A stretch of 64,000 bases of DNA from an uncultured Pseudomonadota bacterium (GTDB lineage: Bacteria > Pseudomonadota > Alphaproteobacteria > RF32 > CAG-239): the NCBI GenBank assembly GCA_949290295.1, contig CASERH010000001.1:67969-131968 (forward strand), given 5' to 3'. Below are positions 56,997-64,000 of the stretch, piece after piece. The notes below the pieces were generated by a model. The model was given only the letters and a program-made list of their open reading frames with translations. It did not search any database and was not told the origin of the DNA. The position numbers were made by a program, and so were the translations under genes. Within the stretch, counting starts at the first letter, position 1; each line of letters starts with the position of its first letter.

Positions 56997-57466
56997 TAAG
57001 AATCACCGTAATATCTCTTTCTGAAGCCGCTTTTGCAGCCCAAGCCCCAACTCATATGCAACTGCTGTTCTTTAGTTGAGGGGTCCGTTTGCTCGGCAAT
57101 GATTTTAAAGTTGTTTTGCTGATAGAATGCGATAGCCGACGGATTTTTGGTAAACACATTAAGGCTCAAAAGCGGATATCTGCGCTGAGTAAAGCGCAGC
57201 AATTTTGAGCCGATTTTTTTATTTTGAAATTTAGGAGCAACAAACAAAGCGCCAATGTGTTTTTTATCCAAGATACTGATAAACCCTTTGATTTTATGCT
57301 TATCTTCAAACACAAATGTTTCGGCATAAGGCAAATAGTTGGCCTTGACGGAGGAAAGCATTTTTTGCCAGTAATCAGCCTCGACAAAACCATGAGAAAT
57401 CAGAGATGCCTCAAGCCAAATATCCAAAACTTTGGTTATGTCAGTGTCTTTTATTTTTCGAATCAT
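56996..57466 (-). CDS. GNAT-family N-acetyltransferase
   Basis: Acetyl-CoA-binding motif A region (GALFVAPKFQNKKIGSKLL). Confidence 0.65.
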   Translation of the reverse strand: MIRKIKDTDITKVLDIWLEASLISHGFVEADYWQKMLSSVKANYLPYAETFVFEDKHKIKGFISILDKKHIGALFVAPKFQNKKIGSKLLRFTQRRYPLLSLNVFTKNPSAIAFYQQNNFKIIAEQTDPSTKEQQLHMSWGLGCKSGFRKRYYGDS

Positions 57467-59454
57467 CAGATATCCAAATCATCGACAAATTTTGCACGTT
57501 CAATAATGAATTTGAAACGAGTTTCAGGATTTTTACCCATCAACCGCTCAACCAAGCGCCTGGTTTCAAAAGCTTCTTCCTTGCCTTCTTCTGTGTTGGT
57601 TGAAGGTATTCTAACCTGCAAAAGCAGACGATTTTTCTTATCCATGGTTGTCTCTTTGAGCTGCTGAGCACTCATTTCGCCAAGACCTTTAAAGCGGCTG
57701 ATTTCGGGCTTTTGGTTGCCTTTAACAACCTTGGCAAGGATTTTATCTTTATCATCATCGTCCAAAGCATAGTAATTTTTGCCACCGACAGCAATCTTAT
57801 ACAAAGGTGGTGTGGCGATAAACAGATGCCCGTTTTCAATAAGCTTTGGCATTTGCTGATAGAAAAATGTCATCAGCAGTGAGGCAATGTGGGCGCCGTC
57901 CACATCAGCATCGGTCATGATGATGATTTTTTCATATCTTAAATTTTCTTCTTTGTAATTTTCCTTGACGCCGCAACCAAGAGCCTCACACATATCTTTG
58001 ATTTCTTGGTTTTGCAAAATTTTATCCAAAGAGGCGCTGGCTACATTGAGGATTTTTCCGCGCAAGGGAAGAATGGCTTGAGTAAAGCGGTCGCGTCCCT
58101 GTTTGGCAGAACCACCGGCGGAATCTCCCTCAACGATAAATATCTCGGTTCCCTCTGCAGCTGCCTGCGAACAGTCAGCCAATTTTCCAGGTAAACGCAG
58201 GCGCTTGGTAGGGGTTTTTCTGGTCTGAGCTTTTTCTTCTTTTTTCTTTTTTCTGGCCTCAGCTCTGTCAATCACATATTCCAAAAGGGCAGTTGCGTTT
58301 TCGGGGTCAGAAGAAAGCCAATGGTCAAAAGTGTCCTTTACCGCCGATTCCACCAGGCGGATAGCTTTGGTAGAGGTCAATTTATCTTTAGTTTGGCCTT
58401 GAAATTGCGGGTCACGGATAAAGACCGAGAGCATAATGCAGGCATCGCTCAAGAAATCTTCTGCAGTGACAGAGGCGGCTTTTTTGATATTAGCCATTTC
58501 GGCATATTCTTTGAGGCCGCGGATAAGAGCGGTTTTAAAGCCGATTTCATGTGTACCGCCCTGGGGAGTAATAACGGTGTTGCAATAGGAGTTGCAAAAG
58601 CCATTTTCATCTTCCGGCCAGGTTATAGCCCATTCAACTTTTCCCTCATCATTTGCAAGCTCAGCCTCACCAAAGAAGGGCTTGCGGTTAATGGTTCCTT
58701 TTGAGCCGATTTGGTAATTTAAGAAATCGAGAACACCGTTAGGAAAACAAAGCTCTGCCTCAACAGGAGTAGCTTCTCCTTCACCCAAAACCTCAGACGC
58801 GCATTTCCAATTGATGTGAATTCCCTTAAACAAAAAAGCTTTGGAACGAGCCATTCGATAGATTCGATTCGGCGAAAGGTTAGAATTAACACCAAAAATT
58901 TCCGGATCTGGTTTGAAAGTGATGGACGTGCCTCTGCGGTTAGGTGCATTGCCGACCAACTCCAACGGTCCCATCGGATAGCCTCGGGAATATTCTTGCC
59001 GGTAAAGCTTTTTGTCTCTGGCGATTTCGACGGTGAGCTTTTCTGATAAGGCATTCACAACGGAAAGTCCCACACCATGCAAACCGCCAGATACCTTATA
59101 TGCATTGCCGCCAAATTTTCCTCCCGAGTGTAGCACTGTCATGATAACTTCAAGAGCGGATTTTCCCGGGTATTTAGGGTGTGGATCAACAGGGATTCCT
59201 CGGCCGTTATCAATAATGGTAACGGAGTAATCGGCATTCATAGTCACATCAATTCTGTTGGCAAAACCGGCCACAGCCTCATCCATGGAGTTGTCTAAAA
59301 TCTCAGCCACCAGGTGGTGGAGGGCGGTTTCATCGGTTCCGCCGATATACATACCAGGGCGGTGGCGTACCGGTTCCAGGCCTTCCAAGACCTCAATGCT
59401 GCTGGCGCTGTAATCACTGGCCACCGGGGCGGTTGCTTCAAACAAATCAGGCAT
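57466..59454 (-). CDS. parE: Type IIA topoisomerase B subunit, ParE-like (topoisomerase IV subunit B), or a short GyrB
   Basis: GHKL ATPase (ILDNSMDEA, GLHGVG), Toprim EGDSAGGS, and PLRGKILNV. It lacks the roughly 170-aa proteobacterial GyrB insertion, hence ParE. The start at MPDLFE is more plausible than the ORF-track start. Confidence 0.7.
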   Translation of the reverse strand: MPDLFEATAPVASDYSASSIEVLEGLEPVRHRPGMYIGGTDETALHHLVAEILDNSMDEAVAGFANRIDVTMNADYSVTIIDNGRGIPVDPHPKYPGKSALEVIMTVLHSGGKFGGNAYKVSGGLHGVGLSVVNALSEKLTVEIARDKKLYRQEYSRGYPMGPLELVGNAPNRRGTSITFKPDPEIFGVNSNLSPNRIYRMARSKAFLFKGIHINWKCASEVLGEGEATPVEAELCFPNGVLDFLNYQIGSKGTINRKPFFGEAELANDEGKVEWAITWPEDENGFCNSYCNTVITPQGGTHEIGFKTALIRGLKEYAEMANIKKAASVTAEDFLSDACIMLSVFIRDPQFQGQTKDKLTSTKAIRLVESAVKDTFDHWLSSDPENATALLEYVIDRAEARKKKKEEKAQTRKTPTKRLRLPGKLADCSQAAAEGTEIFIVEGDSAGGSAKQGRDRFTQAILPLRGKILNVASASLDKILQNQEIKDMCEALGCGVKENYKEENLRYEKIIIMTDADVDGAHIASLLMTFFYQQMPKLIENGHLFIATPPLYKIAVGGKNYYALDDDDKDKILAKVVKGNQKPEISRFKGLGEMSAQQLKETTMDKKNRLLLQVRIPSTNTEEGKEEAFETRRLVERLMGKNPETRFKFIIERAKFVDDLDI

Positions 59455-59624
59455 TATCATCCTCAAAACAAAAAAAATCACAATTTATGCCAAAGTATAC
59501 CAAATTTTGGCTCAAAACAAGCACAATTTCAAGGCTTTTCACAAAAAACAGCAGGTGTTGACAAATACAAAAAAGCAAGATAGTTTGCCACCATTAGAAA
59601 CTATTACTTAAAACTTATTTTAAC

Positions 59625-60038
59625 ATGAAAAGGAAATCTCAAATTTCTCGCAACAATCTGTTGTGGATGCTCCTTAATGCTTTTGTAGCATTTTCTGTTT
59701 TGCTGGTTGTTTACTGGGATTGTGGATTCGCTAACCCGAATTATGGTGCGGCGGTTTTGACCGTGGTGCTTTATTTTGGTCTGTTAGGGTCACATCTTTC
59801 AATCAATTGGCTGGGAAGCACACGGCTGATATCTTTTTGCAGCGCGCTGTTGGTTGCCATAATGTCTGCCTTCAGTATGGGCGCATGGGTTTGGGCTGTT
59901 GCAGGCGCAATAGTGTGTATTTACGAGTTTGGGGTTGCCAAAAACGTTTGGATACTGGCGGTGTTGGACTTGCTTTTCACGGCTATTATTGCAGGCGTTT
60001 TGTGTGGCTTGTTTTATCTGCTTTTTTGGCTTTTCTAG
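59625..60038 (+). CDS. Membrane protein of 137 aa
   Basis: Four hydrophobic helices. No family. Confidence 0.35.
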   Translation: MKRKSQISRNNLLWMLLNAFVAFSVLLVVYWDCGFANPNYGAAVLTVVLYFGLLGSHLSINWLGSTRLISFCSALLVAIMSAFSMGAWVWAVAGAIVCIYEFGVAKNVWILAVLDLLFTAIIAGVLCGLFYLLFWLF

Positions 60039-60280
60039 CGAGAAAACCAGTAGAACTCAAAAGCGTCGAGAATATCGACGCTTTTTTTGTGCGGTTTAGT
60101 CAAAAAAATACTTGCCAAAATAATAATTTAAGTATAGAAAAGCACACGGATTGGCAATGGTGCCGATTCATAATTCACACGCAGATTTTGGCGGGATGTT
60201 TTTTGATGTTTCGCTCCGGTGCCTTGGAAAGAAGGCTCAAGAGGATCTGCGGAGGTTTAACCGGAAAAGGATAAGAAATA

Positions 60281-61087
60281 ATGACCCTTCCTACATTTAC
60301 AATGCGTCAGATGATTGAAGCTGGCGTTCACTTCGGTCACCACGCTCGTCGTTGGAACCCGAAGATGGCTCCGTATATTTACGGCAAAAAAGACAATATT
60401 CACATTATTGACTTGCAAAAGACCTACCCGATGCTGTACACAGCTTTGGCCACCACTCGTGAGATTGCTGCCAACGGCGGTAAGGTATTGTTTGTAGCCA
60501 CCAAACGTCAGGCTCAAGACATCATCAAAGAAAATGCCGAGAGATGCGGCCAATACTATGTTAACCAACGTTGGTTGGGCGGAATGCTGACCAACTGGAA
60601 AACCGTTCATAAATCAATTTCTCGCCTTGTTAAATTAAACGAGATGGCCGAGAAGAATGAATATGAAGGCTACACCAAGAAAGAGCAACTGAATCTCAAA
60701 AAAGAGCAAGAGAAACTCAACAAAGAGCTTGGTGGAATCATGAACATGGGTGGCCAGCCGGATTTGGTATTTGTAATTGATACCTGCAAAGAATCTTTGG
60801 CTATCAAAGAGGCCAAAAAGCTCGGTATTCCTGTCATTGGCATTTGCGATACTAACGCAGATCCGGAGGCAGTGGATTTACCGGTTCCCGGTAATGATGA
60901 TGCCATTCGCGCCATTCAGTTTTATTCTGAATTGGTTTCTGCAGCTGTATTGGACGGTATGTCCGCTCAAATTGCAGCTCAGGGCGTAAAGGTTGATGAA
61001 ATGGTTGAGAAAGAGGAAGCTGAGGCCAAAAAGCCTGCTCGCAAGAGAGCTTCCAAGAAGGCCGCTGCTGAGGCAAGTGCCGAATAG
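60281..61087 (+). CDS. rpsB: 30S ribosomal protein S2
   Basis: [11 protein letters not shown]-terminus. Full-length S2 with a C-terminal K/E tail. Confidence 0.95.
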   Translation: MTLPTFTMRQMIEAGVHFGHHARRWNPKMAPYIYGKKDNIHIIDLQKTYPMLYTALATTREIAANGGKVLFVATKRQAQDIIKENAERCGQYYVNQRWLGGMLTNWKTVHKSISRLVKLNEMAEKNEYEGYTKKEQLNLKKEQEKLNKELGGIMNMGGQPDLVFVIDTCKESLAIKEAKKLGIPVIGICDTNADPEAVDLPVPGNDDAIRAIQFYSELVSAAVLDGMSAQIAAQGVKVDEMVEKEEAEAKKPARKRASKKAAAEASAE

Positions 61088-61188
61088 TTCTAAACCAGAT
61101 TAGAAATATTATCACACAAGCGGCGGTATTGGCATTTGATAAAGATGCAAATATCGCCGCAAATTAATCACAAAAGAAGGAACAAAAG

Positions 61189-62115
61189 ATGACAGAAATT
61201 ACAGCCGCAAAAGTAAAAGAGCTGAGAGAGAGCACCGGTGCCGGTATGCTGGATTGCAAAAAGGCTTTGGTAGAAGCCAACGGAAACATGGATGAAGCTG
61301 TTGATTGGCTGCGCAAAAAAGGATTGGCTACTGCCGCCAAAAAAGCAAGCCGTATTGCAGCCGAAGGTTTGGTTTCTGTTTATGTTGAAGGAAACAGAGG
61401 AGCTATCGCCGAGGTAAACTCAGAAACAGACTTTGTTGCCAAGAATGATATCTTCCAAGAATATGTTACTGATGCCGCGATTGTTGCTTTGAAGAGCGCC
61501 GGCGAGATTTGCGATATGAAGTCTTTCCACTGCCCGAAATGCGGTAAAACTTTTGAAGAACGTTTGACAGATATGATTGCCAAAATTGGCGAGAACATGA
61601 CCTTGCGCCGTGCCGCCGTATTGGATGTAAACGAAGGCGTTGTTGCCTCCTATATCCACAATGCTGCCGGCAGCAATATTGGTAAAATCGGTGTTTTGGT
61701 AGCCTTAGAGTCCAAGGCAGACAAAGCCAAATTGCAAGAGTTGGGCAAGCATATTGCTATGCACGTTGCCGCATCTGCACCTCTGTTTTTAAACATTGAG
61801 AGTGTTGATCCGGCAGCTGTTGCTCACGAAAAAGCGATTTTCACCGAGCAAGCCAAAGCATCAGGCAAACCGGATAATATCATTGAGAAGATGGTAGAAG
61901 GTCGGATTCGCAAGTACTATGAAGAAGTTGTTCTTGAAGAGCAGGCTTATATCATGGATCCAGACAAGAAAGTAAAGCAGGTTGTTGCCGATGCAGCCAA
62001 AGAGCTTGGTGCAGACATCAAGATAACCGGCTTTGTTCGTTTCAAGCTGGGTGAAGGCTTGCAGAAAAAAGAGGAAGACTTTGCCGCAGAGGTTGCTTCT
62101 CAGCTGAAGAAGTAA
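61189..62115 (+). CDS. tsf: Elongation factor Ts
   Basis: UBA-like N-terminus KELRE.TGAGMLDCKKAL. The rpsB-tsf order is conserved. Confidence 0.95.
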   Translation: MTEITAAKVKELRESTGAGMLDCKKALVEANGNMDEAVDWLRKKGLATAAKKASRIAAEGLVSVYVEGNRGAIAEVNSETDFVAKNDIFQEYVTDAAIVALKSAGEICDMKSFHCPKCGKTFEERLTDMIAKIGENMTLRRAAVLDVNEGVVASYIHNAAGSNIGKIGVLVALESKADKAKLQELGKHIAMHVAASAPLFLNIESVDPAAVAHEKAIFTEQAKASGKPDNIIEKMVEGRIRKYYEEVVLEEQAYIMDPDKKVKQVVADAAKELGADIKITGFVRFKLGEGLQKKEEDFAAEVASQLKK

Positions 62116-62136
62116 TTTTCTGGAATAGATATAACA

Positions 62137-62165
62137 AGAAAGGCACCATTTCGGTGCCTTTTTTA
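62137..62165. terminator. Bidirectional Rho-independent terminator
   Basis: AAGGCACC-atttc-GGTGCCTT followed by TTTTT, between tsf and a convergent gene. Confidence 0.75.
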
Positions 62166-62723
62166 CTATCGTTCATAAGAGTCTCTGGAACGCAAATGTC
62201 CTTCCATCATTCTCTGTCGCTGCTGTTGCAGTTCATATTCTTTGCGGTGCTGTTCTCTTTTTTTCTCTTCCTCGGGCGTTTCGCGGTAATTAGCCTTAAC
62301 TTCTCGCAGGGCAAGTAAACGCTTTAATATCTGGCTTTGAGAAAGGCCCTGAGTATTGCTCTTAAGAAAAGCATTAATTGTCTCAGGAGTTAAAACCTCT
62401 TCAAGATTTTTTAGGTTAAGAAGAGATTTGTCAGCCATGATTTTGTTTAGTTCAACATTTAAGGCTTCATCAAAATCTGTATCATCATTGTCATCAAGGC
62501 TTTCTTTAAGAATTTTAACCAAGAAGCCTTTAAAAAGCTTGTTTACCAGCTTAATAAAATTGCGATTAGTCACGGTTTCATTACCGGAAGCATTCATCAA
62601 AGCAAAGAGGAGAAGATTTTTAACATATTTTTTTTGAGCAGAAGAGAGGTGGAGATTTCCCTTAATTCCTTGTTTGGCGGCACTTAAGACCAAGCTTCGT
62701 TCTTTTGCAAATTTCTCTGCCAT
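62166..62723 (-). CDS. Hypothetical helical protein of about 185 aa
   Basis: No family. The start at 62723 is chosen to avoid a 62-nt overlap with rppH. Confidence 0.35.
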   Translation of the reverse strand: MAEKFAKERSLVLSAAKQGIKGNLHLSSAQKKYVKNLLLFALMNASGNETVTNRNFIKLVNKLFKGFLVKILKESLDDNDDTDFDEALNVELNKIMADKSLLNLKNLEEVLTPETINAFLKSNTQGLSQSQILKRLLALREVKANYRETPEEEKKREQHRKEYELQQQRQRMMEGHLRSRDSYER

Positions 62724-62727
62724 GGTT

Positions 62728-63216
62728 TTATCTTTCTTGGTAATTTTGGATATATGGAGCAAAGGCTTGAGCCACTTTTGAATAAACATCTTTTTTGAAG
62801 CTGATGATTTTCAGGGGAGCTTCGGAAATATCACCCCATTCAAAGGCCTTAAATTCAATTTCCTGGGGATGGGTAAGAAAGTCAATTTCCTTATCGTCAC
62901 CATAAAAATAAAATAAGAACCAATGTTGTTCCTGCCCGACAAAAGGAGAACCTCTTCTTTGTTGTCTGGCTACAATATCTGGTGGAAAGTCATAACGCAA
63001 AGGCTGTGGCAGTTTTGCTACAAGTTTGACCGAAGATAAATTTGTCTCCTCTTTGAGCTCTCTAAAAGCAGCAGCGAGAGGGGTTTCATTTGCATCAATT
63101 CCGCCTTGAGGAAATTGCCATTGCAAATCAAAGCAGTCAGCTCTGGCACACATTAAGACTTTTTTAGCGGCATTGAAAACAACAATACCGACATTCGGGC
63201 GATATTTTGACATCAT
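62728..63216 (-). CDS. rppH: NUDIX hydrolase RppH/IalA-like (RNA pyrophosphohydrolase)
   Basis: Nudix box GGIDANETPLAAAFRELKEETNL. Confidence 0.8.
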   Translation of the reverse strand: MMSKYRPNVGIVVFNAAKKVLMCARADCFDLQWQFPQGGIDANETPLAAAFRELKEETNLSSVKLVAKLPQPLRYDFPPDIVARQQRRGSPFVGQEQHWFLFYFYGDDKEIDFLTHPQEIEFKAFEWGDISEAPLKIISFKKDVYSKVAQAFAPYIQNYQER

Positions 63217-64000
63217 TCCATCACCAAATTAGATATAGGAACTAAAGCAAAAGGCTTGGTTAATTCCATGTTCTTTGCTTCTTCATAAGACACTTGCGGA
63301 GAAAAGCTCTTAATCCACTTATAAGCTTCAATAATTGCAATGGGTTTAGGGTCAATAACGACGACAACTTGCCCCTTGCTGAAAGCGATTTCTTCAGCCT
63401 TTTTGAAAGCCTTATCAATGGAGTTTCTTCTAAAATCAGAGTCAATAACAATATCAGCCTTTCTTCTGGCCAAGCCTTCAATCTTAATTTGCTCCACTCC
63501 ATCGCCATGAGTAGCATCAATCAGCATCAGGCCTCGGTTTTTGAGCTCCGTAAAAAGTTTGGTTAAGAGCTCTTTGTTGCTCTCGTCGGCCACACCATCG
63601 TTGACAACCACTCCGCCAATGGGAGCATTAACGGAAAGAGAACGTTTTAGACGCTGGAGAGCTTCATCTTGGCTAATTGTCAGACTCATAGACATTGGCC
63701 CACTGTCAGATTTTAAGAAATCTTTTGAAGACAAAAGCAAGTCAATATAAGTTTCATGACCAAACTGTCGGGCGGAAGTAATTTTTTTCTCAGCATCTGT
63801 TGCATAGGGAGATAAAGATATAGAAACCTCTGAATTTAATCCTTTAGCAACTTTATCCAATGAAAGGGGATCAAAACCAAGTCCTTTAATAATTAGTGCC
63901 ACTTTTTTAAAGTTTGGCAAAGTACTGACGCTCTCACCATATTCATTCCAGGGCTTGCGACCATCTGTAGCAATTTTGGGCAGAACAAACACGCCATCCT
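63213..64000 (-). CDS. Divergent polysaccharide deacetylase (YibQ/DUF610) family protein, 5'-truncated at the window edge
   Basis: VALIIKGLG...GVVVNDG motifs. The ORF is still open at 64000. Confidence 0.55.
   Translation of the reverse strand, partial: DGVFVLPKIATDGRKPWNEYGESVSTLPNFKKVALIIKGLGFDPLSLDKVAKGLNSEVSISLSPYATDAEKKITSARQFGHETYIDLLLSSKDFLKSDSGPMSMSLTISQDEALQRLKRSLSVNAPIGGVVVNDGVADESNKELLTKLFTELKNRGLMLIDATHGDGVEQIKIEGLARRKADIVIDSDFRRNSIDKAFKKAEEIAFSKGQVVVVIDPKPIAIIEAYKWIKSFSPQVSYEEAKNMELTKPFALVPISNLVME

Overview
This window reads as a low-GC alphaproteobacterial chromosome. Housekeeping genes sit in the conserved order rho-mnmE-mnmG-rsmG-parA-parB, ffs-dnaX-ybaB-recR, rluD-rpoH, yacG-rng-maf, coaE-dnaQ, rpsB-tsf and rsmI/lpoA-like/yraN. 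IalB-like, NUDIX/RppH, MlaEF, a short HprK and a TsaE gene are also present. Beyond the protein genes there is an SRP RNA (ffs) just upstream of dnaX and two tandem tRNA-Ala genes followed by a 5' tRNA-Ala fragment.

The most interesting stretch is an eight-gene, single-strand accessory operon at about 9.87-17.87 kb, inserted between rluD and yacG. It carries an orphan VirD4/TraG-family type IV coupling protein (T4CP) with an acidic C-terminal tail. Upstream of it are two paralogous polytopic membrane proteins. Directly downstream are a colicin-E9-like HNH DNase toxin and a SUKH (SMI1/KNR4) immunity protein whose start overlaps the toxin's stop. No other T4SS components are visible in the window.

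Other notable points:
- A block of two HD-domain paralogs plus a PHP-domain hydrolase is inserted between mnmG and rsmG, flanked by two copies of a perfect 14-bp palindrome.
- dnaX contains an A10 slippery run with a -1-frame stop one codon downstream, a candidate tau/gamma frameshift site.
- kdsB is frameshifted.
- There is a eukaryotic-like Ser/Thr pseudokinase with a C-terminal membrane anchor, a degenerate GGDEF protein, a membrane-anchored SNase-like nuclease and a type IVb-like prepilin.
- Tandem YcgN duplicates and several strong bidirectional terminators are also present.
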